NCBI RefSeq assembly: GCF_006345805.1
Contig: NC_042997.1
Span: 25,916,001 to 25,980,000 of the forward strand
Source: Octopus sinensis
Taxonomy: Eukaryota
Direction: 5' to 3'
DNA length: 64,000 nt
The notes beneath the pieces were generated by a model. It was not told the origin of the DNA. It did not search any database and saw only the letters and a program-made list of their open reading frames with translations. Made by a program: the position numbers and the translations under genes. Every line of letters starts with the position of its first letter. The first letter of the stretch is position 1. This document shows positions 27,581-41,518 of the stretch, one piece after another.

Positions 27581-28559
27581 AGGCCAGGTTACAAGATTCA
27601 GATAAATATATCCGTGTGAAAGTCTGTGCGTATATGTACGTTTGTTTGTGTCTCTGTACTTTCATATAAGCATAAATATATACGTGTGTGCATGTGCATG
27701 TATGTGTGTATGTGTGTGTTCCGCCTGCATTCAGCTAATTGTGAACCATCATTAGTAGCTCCCAGAGGTAAGGCTGATAGCATAATTAGTACAGCGTTCA
27801 AAAGCATGTTGAGACGTATTTGTCTATGTTCTTTTTTCTATTCTAAGTTCAAATCCCACTTGGATAAGACATTTTATCATTTCAAGTTCGATAAATAATA
27901 AAAAAAGAGACTGCGCATATCTTTCCACTAAATTCGTGCCTTCGTACCTATGTAACAAATCTTTATTATTGACTACATGATTGTGATATTTCTCAAGAGA
28001 AAAAGCGGTTAATAAACATTACATGTATTAGGTGTTGTTTTAGATTTATTTTAAGTATATCAAATAATGAAAATATATCGTAAGCTACTGTGTATCATAG
28101 TTCACCATATGAATACACGCACACACATAAGTATGTATATATATATATATATATATATACATCGGGCTATATGTGTGTGTGTGAATATGTACAGATTAAT
28201 TTATCTAGCAATTTATCCCTATGTACGTATATATCTGTATGGATGTATGTACACGCAAACATATATATGTATGTATAAAACCCCAAAATATCTGGAAATA
28301 TGAGAGGCGGATATATTTATTTTTATTACAAATTTATATATATATGATGGACTCTCCCGTGGAAGCTTTTGCCGAACAACCTGCACCGATGATTTGTTCG
28401 TAGTGATCCAACATTATGTGTGTGTGTGTGTGTGTGTGTGTATGCATCTCTGCATGCTTCTATGTTTGTAAATGCACATTGGCACAGACATACACACACA
28501 TATACACGCACGCACGCACACACGCACACTCGCACACATACACACAGGTGCATATGTAT

Positions 28560-28600
<41 letters not shown>

Positions 28601-30485
28601 CATACATATACATACACCATATATTTATACATATATACACAAATAGTATGAAGGCATAAAAACTCGGCTTGGCTTGGAGTATGACAGAGAACATACTGTT
28701 GAACATGTTTAAGCAAGACAGAGGAAATAAAAGAAAAAATGTTATTAAGAGAAAATAAAAATTAAAAGAAATTCATTTTTCTAATTATGGCAAAACTATT
28801 TAAATCAAATACTTATAAATAAATAATGATCACATTTGTTGTATTTTTCTCATCTGAAGCTATTAGGGGGTTTATTTCAGAAATGACGATAAAATATTTT
28901 TCGTTATAGATTTTCGTTTAATATCTATTTGTAAATTTTTGTAAAAAGTTTTAAATTTCTTCTTAGGTGTCAATGAAAATCATCTAAGCATGAAAGAATT
29001 CATTTAAAAAATAATTAGATTTTACTCTCAAAATCTTATGTCTCCGACAATACTTTTTCATTAATACTGAAAGGATATTAAAAATGTTTCATTAACGTTC
29101 TCGAACACATTTTTTAAAATTAATAGGGTACTTTCGTTTTCTAATTGGAGTTGTTGTGGTTACTTGGTATTTTTTATTGTATTTCGTTTAGTTAATCTAT
29201 AACGTTTATTAGATTGCAGCGCGTCTGTAGGATCATGTGTGTACTATATCTTTTCGCTCTTGTGTGTACTATGTCTCCTACCTCTTCATGTGTTTACGTT
29301 AGTCTGTGTTCCAATGTTTGAACCTATGTCTGAGTTTGTATGCATGTGTGTAAATCTTGGAAATAATTAGTATTATAAGGCGTTCTTTTTCTCTAAATAT
29401 AATATTGGTTGAAGAAAATCCAATCATGATAAGAAAATGACAACGCTGTTTAATAAACAGGGTGGGGGACATAATGAGAAAAGATAGCTGAACGAAATGG
29501 TATGTAATCTTATTATAGACGGTGGCATATACATAATTATGAAGAAGAAAAAACTTTAAATCTTTTCTTTTTTCGTTATTTTCGTTTAAATAAATGGCGA
29601 TATAAAGACATCTTGTTAATAATTTGTTCGTTTGTTTTGTATTTTCTCTCGCGTAAATCTACATATGCGTACTCAAAAATTTAACCACAATATGATACAG
29701 AGTTATCTTTACTTTCTCAGTTAGGTATTACCATTATGTGACATGAACTGAAGTATTTTACATCAAAATTCAATCAGAAAACCCAGTTATTTATTATATT
29801 CCCTATCCATAGAGCCGTGCAACACAATTTGATGTTTACCCATCCTATTTCCTGCAAAAATACTCTAAAAGCAAAATTATTGAACGAAAAGATATATCAA
29901 GGAAAACCGCTGCATATAGTATGCCCGAAAATAAGACAGTTTTGATGAATGTGCACCAGTCTAAGGCGTTTGACGGAATATAACATCGATAAATTATGGT
30001 TCCTTCAGAAGCTGTCAACTTTAGCCGAATATTTATGATTTGAGACATTATATTTTATACGCATTTTTCAATATTTCAATTTATCATGAACACACGAAAC
30101 CATCTTCATGCAGTTTTTTGTATGTTACAAATAGCAGTGGTTGCGCCAATTCGAGAAAATAAAAGGCCTAAGTAGATAAAAGTCTAGGTACCAAAAGACT
30201 AAGTGACTTAAAAAGTAAATAAATGGAGTATGAATTAGGTTTAATTACTCAAGGCCTTGCTGAATATGGACTTCCAGGGAGAGCAGAAGCAAATGGTGAC
30301 TAGTGAAGTCAGAGGTAGGTATGTCATTTAGGTAGAACGAAATTAGTACATCATTACTTCTTTTCAGTGGTCTACACGCAGTTTGTTAGCCAAAACTAGA
30401 GAAGGGTCGCTTTCCGTTTTACGACAGAATTATATCTATCTGATCAAGAGACTGATATGCTATAATGACCGTGATATATCGGAAG

Positions 30486-30907
30486 ATTTAGACTGTGGAA
30501 AATGCAAAATTAGTTAAATGGCAAATAGTTAAAGCGGCCTTTTATGGAAAATGACCTCCTCCAGCTTACCAAAGATGAACGAATGGTACTCTTGGAAAAG
30601 TATACGTCGATGATGAGCCGTTTATATAAATTGTCAGGTGGCCACAGCCTTTTTTCTATCTGGGATATGCAGTCAAAAGAATGTTTAATCTAGCCGATTA
30701 TTCATGACTGCATATGGATAACTGGTAGATTAGAGTAATTGCAATTAAAGCCTTTGTATATTTACCTACACACACACAGACACACACATATATATAGAAA
30801 GATGCATATATGTATGCACTGTCACACACACACACACACACACACATACACACACATACATACATACATACATACATATATACATACATACATACATACA
30901 TATGAAC

Positions 30908-30956
<49 letters not shown>

Positions 30957-31490
30957 AATGTATCTTTAAACTGTTTGCGCGTGTGTTCATTTATTCCATA
31001 TATAATATTACTATATATTGTAGTGTCACTTTTATATAATATATATGCTTTAAAATATTTTAGAAATCTAAGTACTAAACTCTCAACAGAAGTATTATTT
31101 TCCTTAAACTGACCAAGAAAATTTCCTGGCCTTCCTAGAAGTCAAGGTTTAGAAGAAAATTTTTACTTCAGAGAAAGGTTATCTGGTCTAATAGCACAGT
31201 GTTTCTTTAAGCAACATTTGTAGAGTATAAGAAATAGTCCCAATCAATATGCCAGGAAATATTTTTGTAAAGCATAACTAGCATTATATTCACAGGAAGA
31301 AAATTTAGATTGTGGAAAATGTTAAGTTAGTTAAGTTGCAAATAGCTATTGCGGTCTTTCATGAAAAATATCCTCTTCCAGTTTACCAAAGATGAATGAA
31401 TGGTTCTCTTGGAAAAGTACGAGTCGAGGATGAGCCGTTAGAAAGTACTGTCAGGTACCCAACAGCCTTTTATTCCATCCGGGATAGTCC
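30486..31490. repeat. Diverged ~190-bp direct duplication (30486-30675 and 31302-31490)
   Basis: Shared blocks ATTTAGAYTGTGGAAAATG, TTACCAAAGATGAAYGAATGG, CTCTTGGAAAAGTA, GATGAGCCGTT. Confidence 0.8.
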
Positions 31491-32087
31491 CTTCATCAGT
31501 TGTCCTCTGTTTTATCTACTCCGAATTTTCGAAGGTAGGGACAAGACGCGACTTAGTTAAAACAGTCCTTCCCGCAAAGCAAATTAAATAAGATTTTGGA
31601 CGTTTCGCGGAGAGTTAAATTGGTAACAACAACAGGACAGTAAATACAAAACAGTAAAAACAAATGGTGGGGGCGTTTAAGCCAAGATGATGTGAAGTGG
31701 TGGACACTGGAAAAAACGAGTTTTGAGAAGTGATAGGTAAAAGTACGTCTTGTCTTTAGGAAAGAAGTGGAAGAAAGATAGATAGCCATTGGTCACGTGT
31801 AAGCGACAAGAGAATCAAGGAGGAGTGAGAGAGAGATAGAGGGGGAACAGGGAAGGATAGAGGAGAAAAATAGGGAAAGGGTTGGAGAAAAAACAGAAAA
31901 GGAGATAGATAGAAAGAATAAGAGGGCCCATCGGAATTATTAAGATAAAACTTACATGGAAATGAATGCAATCATATAATAATTATAATTAATAGATAAA
32001 TATATGCATATATACATACATATATGTACATACCTACGTATATATTATATATACATATATATATATATTATATATATATATACATAT

Positions 32088-34921
32088 ATTATATAAAAGG
32101 GCTTAGTAAAATAAATTACTTAGCCGCATACTGAACTCATTAGAAATAGCAGCTAAAAAACTTTTTTAAGGCTATTTCTAATACTTAAAGAAAATCTCTC
32201 TCATATATAGTGTTTGCATAATTTAACTCACAAAAGTTTGGGGGTAATGACATCGAAAAATCAAATGCTAAGGTTATTCGAGAACGTACGTTTCAAGATT
32301 AGTCAAAACAATTTCTATCATCGGCTCGGAAATCCTTGTTTGGATTTGGAAACACTGAAAAAAGAACATACCCTCTCGAAGATCTGCTCCCAATAACAGT
32401 GTCAACAAATTCAAAATAAGCAAGCGAAGAATCTCTGTTCTCCCCTTTCCACCAGCGGGTTAAAATCATCAAACTCTATGCTTATTTCGGTAAAGTCCGA
32501 AGCATTAATCAGAGGGAGATTAATTATAATTTCAACAATTGAGGGCAAAATTAATTAATTATTAATCAATTTCACCAAGTGTTCAGTATGCAAAGGGACC
32601 ATTCAAGGCGAATTCAATTATTACATTATAAAAAGGCTTAGTAAAATAAATTACTTAGCCGCATACTGAACTCATTAGAATAGCAGCTAAAAAACTTTTT
32701 TAAGGCTATTTCTAATACTTAAAGAAAATCTCTCTCATATATAGTGTTTGCATAATTTAACTCACAAAAGTTTGGGGGTAATGACATCGAAAAATCAAAT
32801 GCTAAGGTTATTCGAGAACGTACGTTTCAAGATTAGTCAAAACAACATTCTATCATCGGCTCGGAAATTCCTTGGTTTGGATTTGGAAACACTGAAAATA
32901 AGAACATACCCTCTCGAAGATCTGCTCCCAACTAACAGTGTCAACAAATTCAAAATAAGCAAGCGAAGAATCTCTGTTCTCCCCTTTCCCCAGCGTGGGT
33001 TAAAATCATCAAACTCTATGCTTATTTCGGTAAAGTCCGAAGCATTAATCAGAGGGAGATTAATTATAATTTCAACAATTGAGGGCAAAATTAATTAATT
33101 ATTAATCAATTTCACCAAGTGTTCAGTATGCAAAGGGACCATTCAAGGCGAATTCAAATTATTACATTATATAAAAGGGCTTAGTAAAAAATTACTTAGC
33201 GCATACTGAACATTAGAAATAGCAGCTAAAAAACTTTTTTAAGGCTATTTCTAATACTTAAAGAAAATCTCTCTCATATATAGTGTTTGCATAATTTAAC
33301 TCACAAAAGTTTGGGGGTAATGACATCGAAAAATCAAATGCTAAGGTTATTCGAGAACGTACGTTTCAAGATTAGTCAAAAAACATTTCTATCATCGGCT
33401 CGGAAATTCCTTGGTTTGGATTTGGAAACACTGAAAATAAGAACATACCCTCTCGAAGATCTGCTCCCCCAACAACAGTGTCAACAAATTCAAAATAAGC
33501 AAGCGAAGAATCTCTGTTCTCCCCTTTCCACCAGCGTGGGTTAAAATCATCAAACTCTGCTTATTTCGGTAAAGTCCGAAGCATTAATCAGAGGGATTAA
33601 TTATAATTTCAACAATTGAGGGCAAAATTAATTATTATAATCAATTTCACCAAGTGTTCAGTATGCAAAGGGACCATTCAAGGCGAATTCAAATTATTAC
33701 ATTATATAAAAGGGCTTAGTAAAATAAATTACTTAGCCGCATACTGAACTCATTAGAAATAGCAGCTAAAAAACTTTTTTAGGCTATTTCTAATACTTAA
33801 AGAAAATCTCTCTCATATATAGTGTTTGCATAATTTAACTCACAAAAGTTTGGGGGTAATGAATCGAAAAATCAAAAATGCTAAGGGTATTCGAGAACGT
33901 ACGTTTCAAGATTAGTCAAAACAACATTTCTATCATCGGCTCGGAAATTCCTTGGTTTGGATTTGGAAACACTGAAAATAAGAACATACCCTCTCGAAGA
34001 TCTGCTCCCAACTAACAGTGTCAACAAATTCAAAATAAGCAAGCGAAGAATCTCTGTTCTCCCCTTTCCACCAGCGTGGGTTAAAATCATCAAACTCTAT
34101 GCTTATTTCGGTAAAGTCCGAAGCATTAATCAGAGGGAGATTAATTATAATTTCAACAATTGAGGGCAAAATTAATTAATTATTAATCAATTTCACCAAG
34201 TGTTCAGTATGCAAAGGGACCATTCAAGGCGAATTCAAATTATTACATTATATAAAAGGGCTTAGTAAAATAAATACTTAGCCGCATACTGAACTCATTA
34301 GAAATAGCAGCTAAAAAACTTTTTTAAGGCTATTTCTATACTTAAAGAAAATCTCTCTCATATATAGTGTTTGCATAATTTAACTCACAAAAGTTTGGGG
34401 GTAATGACATCGAAAAATCAAATGCTAGGTTATTCGAGAACGTACGTTTCAAGATTAGTCAAAACAACATTTCTATCATCGGCTCGGAAATTCCTTGGTT
34501 TGGATTTGGAACACTGAAAATAAGAACATACCCTCTCGAAGATCTGCCCAACTAACAGGTCACAAATTCAAAATAAGCAGCGAAGAATCTCTGTTCTCCC
34601 CTTTCCACCAGCGTGGGTTAAAATCATCAAACTCTATGCTTATTTCGGTAAAGTCCGAAGCATTAATCAGAGGGAGATTATTATAATTTACAATTGAGGG
34701 CAAAATTAATTAATTATTAATCAATTTCACCAAGTGTTCAAGTATGCAAAGGGACCATTCAAGGCGAATTCAAATTACATTATATAAAAGGCTTAGTAAA
34801 ATAAATTACTTAGCCGCATACTGAACTCATTAGAAATAGCAGCTAAAAAACTTTTTTAAGGCTATTCTAATACTTAAAGAAAATCTCTCTCATATATAGT
34901 GTTTGCATAATTTAACTCACA
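32088..34921. repeat. Tandem array of five ~540-bp units plus a 143-bp partial unit
   Basis: Unit starts at 32088, 32625, 33166, 33701, 34247 and 34779; differences are mostly 1-3 bp indels; both ends lie in (TA)n. Confidence 0.95.
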
Positions 34922-35111
34922 TATATATATATTACATATAATTTAACTCACATATATATATATATACATATATAATATATAATATATAATTCTGTGAATG
35001 ATAATAATGTTTTATACGCTTAAACCTTGTAGACGATCGCCGTGTATTGACTAAAGAAAATGATTCAATATTGGGACATATAAGCCCACGACGGACAAAA
35101 GTGGGTTTTCC

Positions 35112-35183
35112 GTACGCATGAACTCGAACCTACACTTCTATATATTTGTGTTAAGTGTGCTACCATTACACCACCGTGCGCAC
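35112..35183 (-). pseudogene. Degenerate tRNA-like sequence / SINE head
   Basis: A-box TGGTGTAATGG and B-box GGTTCGAGTTC; anticodon arm abnormal. Confidence 0.45.
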
Positions 35184-35432
35184 TCATTTCTTTACATAGG
35201 ACTTAAGAACAATAACTTCATAGTGTTTTTTTTTTAACAAACAATTATGTGCATTTTCTACGATGAATTGGGAAGAGGTGACGAGTGACCATTCTGTAAA
35301 TTATAACAATATTTTATAAGCTTAAAGCTTATAAGCTATCACCGTGTATTGTCTAGGGAAATTTGTCTAATATTGAGACATTTTATTTTGTAATACTTGG
35401 TGATCACTTATAAGCTTTAAACTTATAAAATA

Positions 35433-35840
35433 CTAGCAGTATATCCTGGCGTAGCTCGGATTTCTTTTTTAGTTGCGCTTAAAACGACAGACTTTGATGT
35501 CACATTAACAAAGTTTTGACATAGTTTTAATCTTTTTCGAAAAAGTAAAAATTTTGCATTATGTAGCTTGTTATTCTCTTTAAGTGAACATTTTTCTGGT
35601 TGAAATACACTGAAAAATGGCGACACAGCAGTTAAAAAATTCGTAAATAAGAGGGATTTTCCAAGAAAAAAAGCACCTTTTTGATGTAAATACTTTTTGG
35701 TCTTAACACGGTCTGATTTGAAATTTTTCTCCTTCGGAATGAAGAGCAAGCCTTCGTCTATCATACTCTCAATTTTGGTCAACTTGTGCCGCAGGGTCTC
35801 GGAGGAGATAGTGTTAGTTGAAGGGGCCGAACCTGCCACA

Positions 35841-35871
<31 letters not shown>

Positions 35872-35913
35872 CACCACACACACACCACACAACTTCAGCT
35901 TTATATATAGAGA
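35433..35913 (-). mobile_element. Non-autonomous Helitron
   Basis: 5' A|TCTCTATATATAAAG, (GT)n, 3' hairpin CCGAGCTACGCCAGG and CTAG|T. Confidence 0.8.
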
Positions 35914-35984
35914 TTATTATTATTTACAGAAATGTCACTCGCTAGAGAACTAAATCAGACTTTGCACATTGGTGAAGAAAATTG

Positions 35985-36130
35985 CTTCTCAAATTGGCGG
36001 TTTTGGGTTCAGTCCCAGTGTGTGTCACATTTGGTGAGTGTTTTCTACAATAGTTTCAGACGAACTAAAGCCTTGTGAGCAAGTTTTGGCAGACGGAAAC
36101 TAAAAGAAGCCTCTCGAATATGTACAAGTA

Positions 36131-36168
<38 letters not shown>

Positions 36169-36360
36169 CGTGCGTGTGTGTTTGCATTACGTTAGTCTGC
36201 CATCATCCTTTGTAAAACGGTATTTGTTATTTTACACCCTTGTATGTTAACATTTCGGCAAAAGAGACCAACGGAATAAGTATCAGGCTTAACATATAAA
36301 TACTGGGGTTGATTTGTTCGACTCAAACACTGCAAAGGCTGCAACAACTGTATAAAAAAC
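35985..36360 (+). mobile_element. Diverged SINE family B copy
   Basis: GGGTTCAGTCCC, AAAGCCTTGTGAG, CGGCAAAAGAGACC blocks. Confidence 0.7.
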
Positions 36361-36502
36361 TTTTCATCCAAGGGAGGAAGCTATTAGCTATTCTATCTCC
36401 ATTTAGAACGTCCTTATATCCATAATTTTAATTTTGAAGAAGAAAATGAAGAAGAAAATGAAGAAAAAGAAGAAGAAGAAGAAGAAGAAGAAGAAGAAAG
36501 AA

Positions 36503-36534
<32 letters not shown>

Positions 36535-36553
36535 AGAAGAAGAAAAATATATA

Positions 36554-37370
36554 TCTACTACATATGTGGAAAATTCTGTCTGTGGGTGTGTTTATTAAGT
36601 TGTTAGCTAACTCCTCCTACATCGTTTTATCGAACTTTATGAAACTTGACATGGCATACTCAGATAGTTGAAAAATCAATCATCGGGCCCCTGGAAGGGA
36701 TCCTTATATATTTCATTGTAACAGTCAAGGGAAATAACCTATTCACCCAGAGTTTAACAGCCAAGGGAATTAACCCATTCATTTTCCTAAATCATTTGGT
36801 TTAAATGAAATTGAGTATGCCTATTTCTTAGTATTTTATCTCTTAAAGTTATTTTCGAAATTAATCCACTACAACCCTAATTTTCCTTAATAAGAGATCC
36901 ACTTATTTCGGTTAGTGACTTATTCACGAATATACCAACACTAGCGCCCCTATTCTCCGGGAACGCACAAAAGCCCTTTTCAGAATTATTTACTTGGAAT
37001 TGTTATTATCTCATATCTAATTGGCCTATTCTTAGTATACATACATTATTAGTATTTCCTCCTAAGTTTATATACTCTGGAAACGCATTGAAGCTCTTTT
37101 CGGGGCTCCTTTATTTGAATTCTTACTGTCGGGTAACTAATTTCATGTTATTACATAACTGACTTGACAATTTGGGTATTCATAATTTATTGGGAATTCC
37201 TAAGAATCTGTATATAGAATCTGTATATAGAATCTGTACATTCTCCTGTAAATGCACAAAAACCGTTTTAGGGGCTGCATACTTTGTATGGTTGTTATTG
37301 GATTAGCGAAACAATTATGAGAACGGAATCAAGTCCCGCTTTCACGGGAATTACCGGGTACGTCAGCTAG
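36554..37370 (+). mobile_element. Non-autonomous Helitron
   Basis: 5' A|TCTACTA; 3' CGGG..CCGGGTACGTCAGCTAG|T; internal 14-bp x3 repeat near 37201-37240. Confidence 0.65.
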
Positions 37371-38024
37371 TATATAAAATATAACAGGAGTTTTCGTCAG
37401 GGTGACTCAAACTAATAGGTGTGTAGTCTGAGTGCTCAATTAGGTATGCCATTAAAATTCCGGTATGAACTGCTGTTGAGCATGCGCTTTTGTGACAGCT
37501 TTTCTAAATCGGCTAAAAGTGGCTTCCCTTTCAGCAGGTAGGTATAAATTAAAACAAAATGAGGGGGAAATGGTTTGGCAAGACTTGACAAGGATATTCA
37601 ATTTATCTATATAATAAAAAGGTGTACACGGTCTCTAAAAGCTGTTTTTAGAATATCCCAGCTATTGGAACTTTATGTCGAGCGAGGATTCCATAGGCCG
37701 AGTACTCTTTCATGCGATAGGGACTGGTTCAATTGATGTGAAATTGAAGGAATATTACTCGTCAATGATACTATTGTAGTTCATTTAGTCTAATAAGCGA
37801 GAAACAATCCAAATAAAACTCCAATCAAAATATGTATTTATTAGGAAAATCCGTGAACAAATGAAGAGAATCGATAATGTCCATTTGTAGAATTAAAACA
37901 TAAAGAATGGTTTGGGTAAAATAGATGTTAGCGGTTCCAATATTGGAAAAATACAAATACATATAAAGATTTCTTTGAGCGTATATTTTATCATGAATTT
38001 TGTATATCATTATTGTTATTAATA

Positions 38025-38414
38025 GGAAGGAGGGAAGCACTCCGTCGGTTACGACGACGAGGGTTCCGGTTGATCCGAGCAATGGAACAGCCTGCTCGTG
38101 AAATTAACGTGTAAGTGGATGAGCACTCCACAGACACGTGTACCCTTAACGTAGTTCTCGAGGATATTCAGCGTGACACAGAGAGTGACAAGGCCGGCCC
38201 TTTGAAATACAGGTACAACAGAAGCAGGAAGTAAGAGTGAGAGAAAGTTCTGGTGAAAGAGTACAGCAGGGATCACCACCATCCCTGCCGGCGCCTCGTG
38301 GAGCTTTAGGTGTATTCGCTCAATAAACACTCACAACGCTCGGTCTGGGAATCGAAACTGCGATCCTATGACCGCGAGTCCGCTGCCCTAACCACTGGGC
38401 CAATGCGCCTCTAC
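38025..38414 (-). mobile_element. SINE family A, full length
   Basis: TSD TGTTATTAATA at 38014-38024 and 38415-38425. Confidence 0.93.
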
Positions 38415-38748
38415 TGTTATTAATATCTGTGTTCATAAAATGTATTTCCCATATTGCAAAGAACCTACAGGACTAAAAGTAATACCAAACATGCCTATAT
38501 TTGTATTAATGCATATTTACCCAGTGACATATACACTTGACCGACAATTTCAACTTCTCTCTATGGTTTTCTCATTGAATTTAAACATCTACATATACAC
38601 TGTTGATAACCAGAATACGCTGGTGAGCTTTATGAGGACACAGCCTGGATTATAATTATTTTTCTGTCTTTCCCTCCCTCTCTCATTCTCACTGCATACA
38701 TATATACAAACACACGCACTACAAACACACATACACGCGCACACACAC

Positions 38749-38749
<1 letters not shown>

Positions 38750-38821
<72 letters not shown>

Positions 38822-38844
38822 TAGATAGATATATAGATAGATAT

Positions 38845-38939
<95 letters not shown>

Positions 38940-38940
38940 A
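38750..38940. repeat. (TA)n(GA)n(GATA)n compound microsatellite
   Basis: Direct reading. Confidence 0.95.
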
Positions 38941-39504
38941 AATAAAAATATATAAGCATACTACACCTACCGCGTACTCTCATATCCGCGCAAATTGAGG
39001 ACCTATATCCATTTACTTTCCGAATGGAATATGTTTTCTATATGTGGGGCAGTATTTGAGACGAACGGCAAACAGTTATCACAATAGCTTCGTAAGTAGC
39101 TAATAGCGTAGGCATTTGGGTGTGCATGCGCGTTTGTGTTCTTAGGTAGTTCGCTTCGTAACCATACATTTTCAAGCCGATCCTGAGACCGGGTTTCAAG
39201 CTCACTGTGCCTGGTTTCAAGCTCACTTGTTAATTATTTTTTACTATTGTCTCGAGCTAGCCAAAGATTTGTGAGAGAATTTGATACAGGTAAAGTGTGT
39301 AGAAGCCCCACCCAAAAACTTCTGCGGATTCTACCTGTCTCCTCTTATCATCCACGAACATCTACTGGACTCTCTACACTTCAGCTGCACCCCACCTGCA
39401 TATTGATTACACTGGACTCCTCTGTGTATAAATATATATATATATTTATACATACACATTTATACATATATATATATTTATACATATATATATATATATA
39501 TATA

Positions 39505-39541
<37 letters not shown>

Positions 39542-39930
39542 TATGTATTTGTGTTTGCCTCTGCCATTCGTTTATGCCCCTGTAACTTAGCGGTTAGGCA
39601 AAAGAAATAGATAAAATAGGCAAGAAACAAAGGCAATTGTTGAGGTTGATTCGGTTCACAAACATAGAAGGCTATACTCCAGCATGATTCACCCCACCCT
39701 CCAATGAATAAATTATATATAAGACTAAGAAAGTAACAGTGATGCCCATATTATACATATATACTCACGCGCGCACAAACACTCACACAAGCACACTAGA
39801 CATATATATATATATATATAATATGTATGTATGTAATTATGTATGTATATATGTATATGTTTGTATGTATGCACGTACATATATATATACGTATATATAT
39901 ATAATATGTCTGTAAGTGTACATATGTATA

Positions 39931-40086
<156 letters not shown>

Positions 40087-40585
40087 GTTTATATATATAT
40101 ATATAATATATATATAATATATATTATATATAATATATATATATATATTATATATATATATATATACATGTACATACTGACAATTATTGAAAAATATACT
40201 CATAGCACATTAATACTGTGTTTATATGAGAGATGTTTTAATTTTAATAAGCTGCTCTATCTATAATTGAATTTAAAATATTATCAATCTTTGAAATTTG
40301 GTAGTTTTATCTTTAACTATTATCAAGTGTATTCTTTTGAATAACAGTTGCACATTAAGTCCACTCTGATCGTATTGCGCCTTTCCCTATGTGTGTGCGT
40401 ATGTATAGACACATACACGTATACAAACACACAGGTTGATACACACACTCATATATCTGTGTGAGTGTATACACGCTCAACTATATATGGCACAGACATA
40501 TGCATATATTTAAATTCGAATACAGATGCCTGTATGGGCGCTCTTACACATACACTTGTACATTCCAAAGTGTCCATAGTATATA

Positions 40586-40626
<41 letters not shown>

Positions 40627-40646
40627 TATATATTGATTGATTATAC

Positions 40647-40729
<83 letters not shown>

Positions 40730-41359
40730 GTGTGTGTGTGGTGTGTGTGCTTGTATCTATATATACATGTATATTCTCATATATATATTTATACATACAT
40801 AAATATTCACACGCACGCACACACACGATTGTCTGAACGTGTGTGAGATTTAAACATTATTTTTAATTTAATTTTCTCTAAACTGACTCCCAAACTGACT
40901 TCCATCATGCCAACATCCTATCAACTGTTCTCTAAAGTGGTACATCAAAATTATATTATATGTAGAATAATGACAAACAAAAAAAAAACAATAACAACAT
41001 TACTCAATTAGGAATATATGTTCTGCAACTTTTTGTGCTTTCTTATCTGTAATTTTATTTAAAAAGTCATTTATTTGGTTTGATAAGTTGAAAAAGAAAC
41101 AAATCCGAAAGCTTTCATATAACGCACATACACAACTATAGTTAGTTATCAAAATGCAATTATAGGAATAACAAACATTATATGACTGCATTTAATTTTC
41201 AGCAAAAAAGATTGAAAATGCGAAAATGTTTCAACATGTATTGTTTCTTTAAAAGTCTATTTTTGATTTGCCTAATAAAGATATATTGTAATAAATGACA
41301 TTCTTTATATATATATAGCTATAGTTATTGATATAACGAAAGCATTGTCTTCCTCACCA

Positions 41360-41518
41360 CCACTGACATTATCATCACTATTATTATTATTATTATTATT
41401 ATCATTATCGTTATTATTATCATTATTATTATTATTATTATTATAATCATTATTATTATTATTTTTATTTTTTTTATTATTATTATTGTTGTTCTTGTTG
41501 TTATTATGATTATTATTC
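41360..41518. repeat. (TTA)n/(TCA)n tract
   Basis: Direct reading; abuts the RLE LINE 3' end. Confidence 0.9.

Noticed and set aside
29850-30060. SKAFD-like RT motif
   Set aside because: Isolated five-residue match with no flanking RT motifs
31470-31500. Minus-strand CTGATGA-A-GGGA-CTA-TCCC
   Set aside because: Not followed by GAAA and has no stem I
31785-31800. Adjacent ATTGG and CACGTG (CCAAT/E-box)
   Set aside because: A single short motif pair with no supporting context
32088-34921. Array as CRISPR or as tandem protein-coding exons
   Set aside because: No unique spacers and a eukaryotic context; unit ORFs are short, show no recognisable domain, and the candidate splice sites conflict (18-nt intron)
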